Part shown: positions 1-8,521 of the stretch, piece after piece | Position numbering within the stretch: the first letter of the stretch is position 1 | Layout: every line of letters begins with the position of its first letter | Source: an uncultured Pseudomonadales bacterium | GTDB taxonomy: Bacteria > Patescibacteriota > Microgenomatia > UBA1400 > UBA1449 | Assembly (NCBI GenBank): GCA_964386355.1 | Contig: CAYLQQ010000006.1 | Coordinates: forward strand, 2,088-66,087 | DNA length: 64,000 nt | Direction of reading: 5' to 3' | Program-made: the position numbers and the translations under genes | Notes under the pieces: generated by a model | The model's database searches: none | What the model was told of the DNA's origin: nothing | The model's input: the letters and a program-made list of their open reading frames with translations, nothing else

Positions 1-163
1 CATTTTCACCCCAGTTTATCTCCGCCTTGGCCATGTGCTTGGCTACCCGCCAGAACATTTCGCCTGGTGTTTCTGTTACTTTTCCCTCCATATTCGTCCG
101 TAGATAACGTTTCTCGGCGATCTTTTGTGCGGTTTTGGTGAGTTTGGGTTCGGTTGGTTTCAT
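1..163 (-). CDS. Partial CDS running off the left edge; N-terminus of a second ribonucleotide reductase-like protein (class II NrdJ-type N-terminal region)
   Basis: Minus-strand ATG at ~163-161. Translation is MKPTEPKLTKTAQKIAEKRYLRTNMEGKVTETPGEMFWRVAKHMAKAEINWGEN. The KRYL...ETPEEMFxRVA pattern matches the N-terminal region of NrdJ/NrdA-type RNRs and resembles the N-terminus of the complete NrdJ at 798..2900. It is not in the ORF track because it is truncated by the window edge. Confidence 0.45.
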   Translation of the reverse strand, partial: MKPTEPKLTKTAQKIAEKRYLRTNMEGKVTETPGEMFWRVAKHMAKAEINWGEN

Positions 164-228
164 AGCTTTTTTTATTATCATTACCCTACCGAAGGCATGG
201 GTAACCTCTTGGAATTAAATCTTATCTG

Positions 229-693
229 TTAAAAACATGCAAGGTCACTAATAATCTGACGGTTTGACTTAAACTGAATTGTTTTTATCCCTACTTCTTT
301 TGCCGCTTCAATATTTGTCACACTATCATCAATAAACAATATATCTTCAGATTTTACTTGTAAAATTTCAGCAATCTTTTTATATGCTCCTGAATCTTTC
401 TTACTAACTCCAATTTCTTCTGCTGAAATGATTTGATCAAATACAGATTTTATTAGATTAAAAATACTAGGCTCGTTTTGGATATGACCACTTGTAAAAA
501 TGACTTTCTTTACCTTATTGTCAATTTTTTGAATAATGTCTAATAATTCATTGTTCAATTCAAAATGTTCAAAAATTTTATATTTGGTGTTTAATTGTAA
601 GGTATCGTGTAATGCGTTTAGTTCTCCAACATATCCAGAATCTTTAGAAAATAAAAGTACACGCGAAAAATCGAAAAGTAATACTTTTATCAT
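229..693 (-). CDS. HAD-superfamily hydrolase
   Basis: 154 aa. The N-terminal hhhhDxS motif (LLFDFSRVLL) resembles HAD motif I with the second Asp replaced by Ser. The C-terminal LFIDDSVTNIEAAKEVGIKTI matches HAD motif IV (DD). Confidence 0.55.
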   Translation of the reverse strand: MIKVLLFDFSRVLLFSKDSGYVGELNALHDTLQLNTKYKIFEHFELNNELLDIIQKIDNKVKKVIFTSGHIQNEPSIFNLIKSVFDQIISAEEIGVSKKDSGAYKKIAEILQVKSEDILFIDDSVTNIEAAKEVGIKTIQFKSNRQIISDLACF

Positions 694-734
694 AAATAGT
701 CTTTAACACTCCTAACTCATATTGTTTTCAAAAG

Positions 735-775
735 ATTCCCGATCAAGACTGCTCTGCGTCTTGTCGGGAATGACA
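735..775 (-). terminator. Candidate rho-independent terminator downstream of nrdJ
   Basis: Imperfect inverted repeat cccgatcaagac / gtcttgtcggg at 742..774. On the minus-strand RNA it is followed by UCUUUUG. It lies immediately 3' of the nrdJ stop at 798. Confidence 0.4.
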
Positions 776-797
776 TGTCCCGACATTCATCAGGACG

Positions 798-2900
798 TCA
801 AACATCGCACTTGCTCCACCCACACTTGGGACAGGTTATACACCCTTCACCTTTTACAAGGGACTCATTGCATTCAGGGCATTGTTTGAGATTTATTGGT
901 GACCTGTCCTGATTTAAAGACGGGTTTGCTCCCACCTTTTCAAGAGGTTGACCCATCATATGGGTATCTTCGGTCACATATGGTTCATTTTTTGTTCCGG
1001 TTTCTAATACCACTTCTTGTCTTGATCCGGTGACATACACCGTAATACCTTTACAACCAAGTTTCCATGCCAACATGTAAGCCTGCTTCACTTCTTCAAC
1101 TGTCGCTGTTGGGGGGAAATTTATGGTCTTTGAAATTGAGTTGTCAACAAAACGCTGCAGGGCAGCCTGCATCCGGACATGTTGCTTGGCACTCAGGTCC
1201 GATGAAACTACAAAAACCTGTTTTATCTCATCAGGAACCTCGGTAATATCCTGGCATGAACCTTCTTTTCGAACTTGCTCAAAAATACTATCCCGCTGTT
1301 TTTTCGTCAACCCGGCTTTTTTAAGTGCCTCACCAAAAAGGCCACTCTCATAGTATAGGGTCTTGAAATCCTCGCCCTTCTCAAAATCCGCCCCCTCATG
1401 GGTTTTCATCTTATAACTGAGTGAAAAGGCTGGCTCACAACCATACCCTTCCAGACCTGAGATGGTTGCAATAGCACCTGTAGGAGCAATTGTATTATGG
1501 GCTGCATTTCTCAAACCTTCTTTTTTAATGTCCTTTTTTATTTTTGTCCAGTCAAGCTCTGGTCTACCCAAGTCCAGCTCAGCCTTAACCAAAGGTTTAT
1601 TGATTGCCAAACCTAACTCCCCTTTGGCAAAGATACTTTGTGTGATACCAGGAAAAGCTCCTCGTTCCCGTGCCAGTTGTAAACTAGTTGCCAGTGTATG
1701 AAAGCGGATAAATTCCATCACCTGACCAGCCAAATCCTCGCCCTCTTTTGATCCATACCTGACTCCCACCAAATACATCATGTCCGCTAGTCCCATGATC
1801 GACAAGCCAATCCGTCTATTTTTATGTGCCGCTTCTTCCAAGAGGGGTACAGCCGGTACGTACTTGTTGGCATCCACCACATCATCCAGGAATCGGGTAC
1901 AAGCTTCCACGGTTTCCCTCAACTTCTCCCAATCAATTTCACTTGTAAAAATTCCACTTAGTTTTGACTTTTGATTTTTGATTTTTGACTTTTCTTTGAC
2001 ATGTTCCCGCAGATTCACACTCGCCATGCAGCAGTTCTCCCCCGGTCCCAACCACTGCTCGCCACATGGGTTTGTAGCTTCCAACTCATATTGATGGGGA
2101 ACTGGGTTTTCCCTGTTGGCTGCATCCAGGAAAAGTACTCCTGGCTCCCCGTTACGATGGGCAAATGCAGCAATTTCATCAAATATTTTGCGCGCTTTAA
2201 TTTTGGAAACCGCCTGCCGGGTGTTGGGATCTATCAGCTCAAAATTTTTATCATCCTCAACCGCCTGCATAAAATCGTCTGTAATACCTACGGAAATATT
2301 AAAGTGTTCAATCTCTCCCTCTGTTTTTTTACAGCGTATGAAATCAAAAACATCGGGATGGTGCACTGGAAGAACCGCCATACAAGCACTACGCCTGCCT
2401 CCTCCTTGGCCAATCACCCAAAAGGCAGTATCGTAGATCTTTAAGAAAGAAACTGCACCAGTAGCTTTGCCTTTTGAAGTTGAGATTAGTCCTCCTTTTT
2501 GTCTAAGCCTTCCAAATGAAAATCCAACTCCGCCGCCCGACTGCAATATCAGAACTGCATTACGTAGCGTTGAAAAAATACTGTTTGGCATTTTACCCAG
2601 ATCATCTTCAATGGGTAAAACAAAACAGTTAGCTAATTGTCCAGAGCCTGTACCGGCATTGGCAATAGTCCTGCCATTAGGTATAAAACGTAATTCGCAC
2701 AGGTATTCAAAAAATGTTTGCCTGATCTGGTCAGGGTCATGGCCATTCCGGTACCTATTTTCCGCCTCAGCTACCACCCGCGCCACCCGTTCAAAAATCT
2801 CTTCAGCCGTTTCTGCTGACTGGCCTGATTCTTTCTTTAAACTATACCTTCTGATAAAGACATCAAGGGCATTTGAGGGTAGATTGACAAGTTTTTTCAT
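798..2900 (-). CDS. nrdJ: Class II (adenosylcobalamin-dependent) ribonucleotide reductase
   Basis: 700 aa. The thiyl-radical loop is TNPCGEQWLGPGENCCMASVNL. The N-terminus has the ETAEEIFERVA region typical of RNRs. There is a C-terminal zinc-ribbon, CPECNESLVKGEGCITCPKCGWSKC. It lies downstream of nrdR in the same orientation. Confidence 0.88.
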   Translation of the reverse strand: MKKLVNLPSNALDVFIRRYSLKKESGQSAETAEEIFERVARVVAEAENRYRNGHDPDQIRQTFFEYLCELRFIPNGRTIANAGTGSGQLANCFVLPIEDDLGKMPNSIFSTLRNAVLILQSGGGVGFSFGRLRQKGGLISTSKGKATGAVSFLKIYDTAFWVIGQGGGRRSACMAVLPVHHPDVFDFIRCKKTEGEIEHFNISVGITDDFMQAVEDDKNFELIDPNTRQAVSKIKARKIFDEIAAFAHRNGEPGVLFLDAANRENPVPHQYELEATNPCGEQWLGPGENCCMASVNLREHVKEKSKIKNQKSKLSGIFTSEIDWEKLRETVEACTRFLDDVVDANKYVPAVPLLEEAAHKNRRIGLSIMGLADMMYLVGVRYGSKEGEDLAGQVMEFIRFHTLATSLQLARERGAFPGITQSIFAKGELGLAINKPLVKAELDLGRPELDWTKIKKDIKKEGLRNAAHNTIAPTGAIATISGLEGYGCEPAFSLSYKMKTHEGADFEKGEDFKTLYYESGLFGEALKKAGLTKKQRDSIFEQVRKEGSCQDITEVPDEIKQVFVVSSDLSAKQHVRMQAALQRFVDNSISKTINFPPTATVEEVKQAYMLAWKLGCKGITVYVTGSRQEVVLETGTKNEPYVTEDTHMMGQPLEKVGANPSLNQDRSPINLKQCPECNESLVKGEGCITCPKCGWSKCDV

Positions 2901-2908
2901 AGGCAGAT

Positions 2909-3355
2909 TTACTGTATTCTTTGAATTTGTTTTCTAAACTCGTCTACACAAGTAAATTCTAAAAACACTGACGCAAAGCGCAGATAAGCCACAGCATCCA
3001 ATTTTTTTAAGCGAGTTAGAACCATCCGTCCAATATCAGAAGATGATACCTCAACCGACTTGCGGTTGAGAAGACGCATTTCAATATCCTCAACCATTTT
3101 CCCTATCTCTTCAGCCGGAACGTTTCGTTTTTCACAAGCCACCACAATACCGCCCTTGAGCTTACCTAAGTCAAAATTTTCTTTTGTGCCGTCCTTTTTA
3201 ACTACTTTTAAATCGACTACTTCGATTCGTTCATAGGTTGTAAACCGTTTAGTGCACCGCATGCATTGGCGCCGCCTTCGCGTCACTTCACCATCTTCAC
3301 TGTCTCGTGATTCAAGGACTGATGACTTGGCGAAAGAACAGTATGGACAAAACAA
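2909..3355 (-). CDS. nrdR: Transcriptional repressor NrdR (zinc ribbon + ATP-cone)
   Basis: 148 aa. The N-terminus MFCPYCSFAKSSVLESRDSEDGEVTRRRRQCMRCTKRFTTYERIE carries the NrdR CxxC...CxxC zinc ribbon, followed by an ATP-cone-like region. It is 8 nt upstream of nrdJ, the classic nrdR-nrd arrangement. Confidence 0.88.
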   Translation of the reverse strand: MFCPYCSFAKSSVLESRDSEDGEVTRRRRQCMRCTKRFTTYERIEVVDLKVVKKDGTKENFDLGKLKGGIVVACEKRNVPAEEIGKMVEDIEMRLLNRKSVEVSSSDIGRMVLTRLKKLDAVAYLRFASVFLEFTCVDEFRKQIQRIQ

Positions 3356-3584
3356 AAAAAATAAAATCTACAATTTGCAACTTGAAATCAAATCATAATA
3401 TCGAATGTTTGAAGCATTTCAATACTTATTATTTATATTTCAATTCAAATTTCGATTTTCAAAATTATATTTAATAACCCTACCCCTAGCGTATATATAA
3501 AGAATGACACACTAGCAAGCGCTTGGCAATATAACAATTGAGATCAGTTTACGTAATGAAATACTTGTAAGAGTCCTAATAGTA

Positions 3585-4265
3585 TTAACGTAATCTTCCC
3601 GATAAAGAAGCGTCGGGTATTTTGAGTTCAGTTTCTGTGTCTGTATGTATTTTCTCAAATTGCATATTATAAATCACCTGTACCATTTCCTGTAACTGAT
3701 TTAAACTATCCACTTTTAATGTTGGCTTTGCTTGAATTTTTGCCATCTGTGTATAAATAATATGCCTGTTAAACGCATCTCCCAGATATTGGGCATACCG
3801 GTCTTTCTCTGCCGTATCATAGTGCTGATAAATATCATAAGCCTGTAATAGGTATTTCTCAGCTTTAGTTAAGGTTGAAATACCGAGCGCTTCATCTCCC
3901 GTGGCAATGAGTAGCTGCCCTGCGGCAAGCCGTTTGTCAGCAAAAAGCAAAAGAAGGCGCATTTTTTGAGTTGGATCACTTGTAGTTATCAGCTGAACAC
4001 GATCACGTACCATTTTTGTCCAATAAAACGGATGGTTAGGTAGGACTCCTGGATACGGAAGCAAATATGGATTATCTACTAATTTTATCAGGGCAGATTG
4101 GGAAGCTTCATACATGCGTTGTAAATCGTGAGTAAATTTTATATTACCTTCACCAGGCTCTGATGTTTGGGGTATCGGCTGAGATAGTTTTATTGCAGTA
4201 AACATCACAAGCGCAAAAGCAGCAGTTAAAGAAGTTATGGCTATAAGTAATTTATACGTTACCAT
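3585..4265 (-). CDS. Hypothetical protein with an N-terminal transmembrane anchor
   Basis: 226 aa. N-terminal hydrophobic helix LLIAITSLTAAFALVMFTAI. No recognisable catalytic motif. Translationally coupled to the upstream kinase-like gene (stop and start 2 nt apart). Confidence 0.45.
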   Translation of the reverse strand: MVTYKLLIAITSLTAAFALVMFTAIKLSQPIPQTSEPGEGNIKFTHDLQRMYEASQSALIKLVDNPYLLPYPGVLPNHPFYWTKMVRDRVQLITTSDPTQKMRLLLLFADKRLAAGQLLIATGDEALGISTLTKAEKYLLQAYDIYQHYDTAEKDRYAQYLGDAFNRHIIYTQMAKIQAKPTLKVDSLNQLQEMVQVIYNMQFEKIHTDTETELKIPDASLSGRLR

Positions 4266-4266
4266 C

Positions 4267-4890
4267 TCATTCCCCTTTTAACTTTTTTACAACTAACCCA
4301 AGAGTTTCTTCTCTGCTTGTTGTATAAGTATCAATTGCCAGATCGTACAATTTAGGGTGCCAAAAATATACAGGATCTGAGTCTTTAAAAAGACCTTTTT
4401 CAATAACCCATGTTTTCCACTCTTGTGCATATATGCGCTGCCATTTAGTCAGGTTATCTTGTTCACGCTTAAAGATATGATCTTTAGCTTCTTCAACTGT
4501 GATTTCATCTCTGTTTACGATGCGGTCAATCCTCACAGCATCATCACTACAATACACTAGTACCCTAAGCGTATCTGGTATATGCATTGTCATAAAGCCT
4601 GAAAGCCAGGCTTCTAAAACCTGCTGATCTTTTTCACTTGCCCATCTTCTTGCCTGATAGTCTACCTGACGATCAAAATCATCATCGTATACAGCTGCAC
4701 TGTGATGTACTTTTGCCTCCTTGTCAAATAAGCCTTTTTCGATTGCATACGACCTCATAAAATCACCACCACAAAAATAATCCCAACCCAGTTCTTTCGC
4801 AAGCGACTTCCCAAGAGTTGATGAACCTGCTCCTGGTAATCCTGAAATAGTAACATTTCTGAATGCGTACATTGATTTGGACATAGTCAT
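4267..4890 (-). CDS. P-loop nucleoside-monophosphate kinase, cytidylate-kinase-like (COG1102-type)
   Basis: 207 aa. Walker A ISGLPGAGSSTLGKSLAKELGWDYFCGGDFMR matches the Cmk/AAA-kinase N-terminus. The downstream Arg-rich lid-like region is RIDRIVNRDEITVEEAKDHIFKRE. Confidence 0.5.
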   Translation of the reverse strand: MTMSKSMYAFRNVTISGLPGAGSSTLGKSLAKELGWDYFCGGDFMRSYAIEKGLFDKEAKVHHSAAVYDDDFDRQVDYQARRWASEKDQQVLEAWLSGFMTMHIPDTLRVLVYCSDDAVRIDRIVNRDEITVEEAKDHIFKREQDNLTKWQRIYAQEWKTWVIEKGLFKDSDPVYFWHPKLYDLAIDTYTTSREETLGLVVKKLKGE

Positions 4891-4973
4891 AAATAAAATG
4901 ATATTGATGATAATGGGCGAATTATACCCTATTTTATTTTTTGTAGTATAGCTTGGACCTTACATAATAAAAT

Positions 4974-5468
4974 TTAATTAGTAGATGTATACAAACTCAC
5001 TTTTTCAATAGCTTCACAAATTAAATGTAAACGTTTTTTGGCTTCATTCAGATTTATTGTTTGATCACTTTCGACAAAATAGTGAAAAATCTGATTACGG
5101 CTTTGTTTCCACCCCTCCCAGAGAGCTTCGGCAATTTCGGGAGTGTATATCCGTACTATATCATCATATAACCGTTCAAATCCGTCTGGGTGCTGATTTG
5201 CAAGTTCGGGATTTAAGGCTTTACCAACTCTAAAACGATTACCCAAATACCTATCTTTTGTAATCAATCCCTGTTTGAAGAAAAGATCTTTAAGAAAACC
5301 TTCATAAGCTTTGGCTGCCGGCATAACCACAAATGAGTAGTCATAAAAGGTTGTTTGGATAAAACTAGGATCCTCCAGAAAATAAAAACTTTGAGAAAGA
5401 AGCTCTTTTTGGATAAAGGGTAGATTACGAAACCATACCTGGTCATGTAAGTGTGTCAGTGAAATCAT
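4974..5468 (-). CDS. Hypothetical protein
   Basis: 164 aa, soluble, with no motif I can assign. Good coding-like composition. An antisense shadow ORF at 5264..5446 is ignored. Confidence 0.4.
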   Translation of the reverse strand: MISLTHLHDQVWFRNLPFIQKELLSQSFYFLEDPSFIQTTFYDYSFVVMPAAKAYEGFLKDLFFKQGLITKDRYLGNRFRVGKALNPELANQHPDGFERLYDDIVRIYTPEIAEALWEGWKQSRNQIFHYFVESDQTINLNEAKKRLHLICEAIEKVSLYTSTN

Positions 5469-5843
5469 ACGTTTAAAAAACGTTCCTATGTATTAATCAT
5501 AGTACTATACGCATCGTTTAAGAAATACTCTTATTTTATTACTGTGTAAAAATGGTATTTTTAATAATAGTTTTACCAATTTACACTAGCAGTCTATAAT
5601 AGCTTTATGGCAAAATGGGACGTATTATTTACTAAACTCTACAGGTCGGATATATGGCGACGTAAAGTGGTCAAAAAATTGCGCCGTAAGCAGAAACGAC
5701 TTCGACTATATCTAGTTCATGCTACCCCAAAACTATCTTTCTTACCTGTAAAACAGAGTCTCACTAAACTCATGCCGGTTCCCACTGCCTTGTTAACAAA
5801 AAAAAGGCAAACTACCTTATTTAAACCTAAAAAAAAGTCAAAA

Positions 5844-8030
5844 ATGGGTAAGTTTAAAAAATATGCATTTATCTTTATAGGTGTTGTCTTAGTAACATCT
5901 CTCATACCCTTTTACATTTATATCCTTAAAGACCTACCATCCCCACGGACTCTCACCCGTGATGCGTATCCTGTATCTACCGAAATCTACGATCGTCATG
6001 GGACGCTTCTGTATGAGATTTACGCTGATCAAAATAGAACTCCAATTAAACTTGATCAAGTGCCAAAGGATCTCATCAACGCAACTATAGCAATCGAAGA
6101 CAAGGATTTCTATAAGCATGGTGGCTTAGCAATCACAGGGATAATCCGGGCATCTTACAAAACTGTAATCAAGGGAAATGTTCAAGGCGGATCTACAATA
6201 ACGCAGCAACTGGTTAAAACAGCACTATTAAGTCCTGAGCGTACAATCCAACGTAAGATTAAAGAGATATTACTAGCTTCTTTGGTTGAACTTATCTATT
6301 CCAAAGACCAAATACTTGAACTATATCTTAATCACATCCCATACGGTGGTACAGCATATGGTATTGAACAAGCATCACGTCTTTATTTTAACAAGAGTGC
6401 TTCCCAATTAAACTTAGCAGAATCAGCCTTACTTGCCGGTCTACCTCAAGCTCCTAGCAGATATTCACCGTTTGGGTCATCTCCAGAACTTGCAAAGCAA
6501 AGACAAAAACAGGTATTAGATAGGATGGTAGAAGATAAATATATCAATCAGACCCAAGCTGAAGAAGCTTTTACATATTCACTAGCGTATGCTCCTCAGC
6601 AGATTAATATTACAGCTCCACATTTTATTATGTACGTCAAAGACTGGCTTATTGATACATATGGAACACATAAGGTGGAACAAGGAGGCCTGCGGGTTAC
6701 AACTACACTCGATTTACAAACCCAGGAGTATGCCCAAGCCTCTGTTTCTGCCCAAATACAAAAACTCAAGGCATCAAGGGTTACAAACGGAGCTGCACTG
6801 GTTACCAAACCGGCTACCGGTGAAATACTGGCTATGGTTGGTTCTCGCAACTATTTTGATTCCGAGATAGATGGTAACGTCAACCTGACTACCAGTCTGC
6901 GTCAACCCGGTTCTTCAATAAAACCTATAAACTATGCTCTGGGTCTTTTAAAAGGCTATCCAGCCTCTACTATGTTTTTAGATATCCCTACCTGCTTTTC
7001 AGTTAGCGGCCAACCAGGAGCATATTGTCCCAAAAACTATGATGGTGGGTTTCATGGTTCTGTCCAAATGCGCCAAGCGCTTGCAAATTCATATAATATT
7101 CCTGCTGTAAAAATGTTAGCCCTCAACGGAGTTCCTGACCTTATCGCTACAGCTTCAGCCATGGGTATCAGTACGTTCCAAAATCCCCAGCAATACGGTC
7201 TTTCCTTAACTCTTGGTGGCGGAGAAGTAAAAATGGTTGATATGGCAGTAGCCTTTGGTGTCTTTGCCAATAGCGGTATTCGCATAGACCTTAATCCAAT
7301 TCTTAGAGTCAAAACCCATACAGGTGAGATTTTAGAAGAACATAACTATCAGATAAATCCACCCACTGGGCCAAGGGTTTTACCACCTGAAGTCACCTTT
7401 ATTATCTCAAACATTTTAGCTGATAACAAAGCTCGTGTACCTGCCTTTGGTGCCTATTCACCATTGTATATTCCAGGCAAAACGGTGTCTGTTAAAACTG
7501 GCACAACTGACGATTGGCGTGATAATTGGACAATAGGATATACGCCGGAATATCTTACAGCTGTATGGACAGGGAATAATAACAATGAGATTAAGCCGCT
7601 TTTTGTCTCTGGAGTAACCGGAGCCGCGCCGATTTGGAATAGCATTATGTCATATCTTGTCAAAGACCGAGAGGATGTGGCTCAGGCCAAGCCGGATAAC
7701 GTCATTGGGACCAATGTTTGTGCGTATCGTCAATCAGAAGATCCTAACCAAACTTGCGAAGGGCGGTTTGAGTATTATATTAAAGGTACGGAGAAAAATC
7801 AGCTGCATGGTAAAATTGAAAAAAAGAACATCTGGATCGATACAACAACCGGTAGACCACCCCTGCCAAATGTGACTGAAAACTTGGAACTTCAGGAAAA
7901 GACGGTGGCCTTGGATGAGTTTGGTCAGGAGTACTGCTTAGACTGCCCTCATGAAGGCCAGTCAGCCCAGCGAGTTAACTTGGATACTTTTTACGCTCAA
8001 CGGGCAGCCAAAGCAAAAAGTGCCCAATAA
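5844..8030 (+). CDS. Class A penicillin-binding protein (bifunctional transglycosylase/transpeptidase), copy 1
   Basis: The ORF is open from 5607, but the plausible start is the ATG at 5844 (MGKFKKYAFIFIGVVLVTSL, the N-terminal membrane anchor). GT51 motifs are EDKDFYKHGG and GGSTITQQLVK. Transpeptidase motifs are SxxK (PGSSIKP), SxN-like, and KTGT. There is a Cys-containing C-terminal tail. Confidence 0.85.
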   Translation: MGKFKKYAFIFIGVVLVTSLIPFYIYILKDLPSPRTLTRDAYPVSTEIYDRHGTLLYEIYADQNRTPIKLDQVPKDLINATIAIEDKDFYKHGGLAITGIIRASYKTVIKGNVQGGSTITQQLVKTALLSPERTIQRKIKEILLASLVELIYSKDQILELYLNHIPYGGTAYGIEQASRLYFNKSASQLNLAESALLAGLPQAPSRYSPFGSSPELAKQRQKQVLDRMVEDKYINQTQAEEAFTYSLAYAPQQINITAPHFIMYVKDWLIDTYGTHKVEQGGLRVTTTLDLQTQEYAQASVSAQIQKLKASRVTNGAALVTKPATGEILAMVGSRNYFDSEIDGNVNLTTSLRQPGSSIKPINYALGLLKGYPASTMFLDIPTCFSVSGQPGAYCPKNYDGGFHGSVQMRQALANSYNIPAVKMLALNGVPDLIATASAMGISTFQNPQQYGLSLTLGGGEVKMVDMAVAFGVFANSGIRIDLNPILRVKTHTGEILEEHNYQINPPTGPRVLPPEVTFIISNILADNKARVPAFGAYSPLYIPGKTVSVKTGTTDDWRDNWTIGYTPEYLTAVWTGNNNNEIKPLFVSGVTGAAPIWNSIMSYLVKDREDVAQAKPDNVIGTNVCAYRQSEDPNQTCEGRFEYYIKGTEKNQLHGKIEKKNIWIDTTTGRPPLPNVTENLELQEKTVALDEFGQEYCLDCPHEGQSAQRVNLDTFYAQRAAKAKSAQ

Positions 8031-8168
8031 AACGAGTCTATACTTTGTTTAATTAAACTTTACCATAAGTTCAATTTTATTCTCTTGTTTTTTTATCATA
8101 AAAGCCCTGTTAGAATAGGGGCATGGGACAGGAAAAGGCAGGACTTAAGAAAAACCGCACAAGCAGTC

Positions 8169-8193
8169 ACAACCCAGCACGGGTTGTTTTTAT
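8169..8193 (+). terminator. Candidate rho-independent terminator in the PBP-PBP spacer
   Basis: Stem acaaccc / gggttgt with a 5-nt loop, followed by a T-run (gttttta), about 140 nt downstream of the first PBP stop. Confidence 0.4.
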
Positions 8194-8521
8194 ACGTGCT
8201 CGCTATCAGAAAGAATACTTCAGACTATTTACCATTTTAAAATGGGGATATGTACATTCATTTGCTACCTTAAAATTCCTGCATAATTTCTGGAAGTATA
8301 GTATCTATGATATTAGTAAAACTATAGATAGTATTATTGCCTTCAGTAAACTACCAATCATATTGGTACGGGGTTTCTTAACAGTAACAGGTAGATTATT
8401 GACTACAAGTAAACAAAAGTGGCAAGAGTTTGAGCAAAATGTAGAAAAAATCACGTACGTTATACTCAAACGAAGTTGGCTTTTCTGCCACCCAAGGTAC
8501 CGTCTTCAGAAACGACGGCCA

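Noticed and set aside
1941-1990. Shared 16-nt string aagtcaaaaatcaaaa in nrdJ (1941..1990 region) and sufC (31441..31480), both encoding K/S-rich KSKIK segments; considered as a possible inserted mini-element
   Set aside because: In SufC the segment aligns residue-for-residue with the normal family sequence (no insertion). Both are simply A/T-rich lysine-codon runs, and the shared string is best explained by compositional bias.
1123-2937. Multiple plus-strand ORFs (60-156 aa) overlapping nrdJ, and similar antisense ORFs inside other long genes (e.g. 6589..7875, 9069..10485, 45007..49586, 57275..58238)
   Set aside because: These are shadow ORFs antisense to strongly supported genes. They have no independent motifs and atypical composition (Ser/Cys/Leu-rich).
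5607-5843. Long N-terminal extensions of the two PBP ORFs in the six-frame track (5607..5843 and 8123..8521)
   Set aside because: The extensions are basic, low-complexity, and lack PBP homology. Internal Met codons immediately precede canonical membrane-anchor helices, so the extensions are open-frame artefacts of upstream non-coding DNA.
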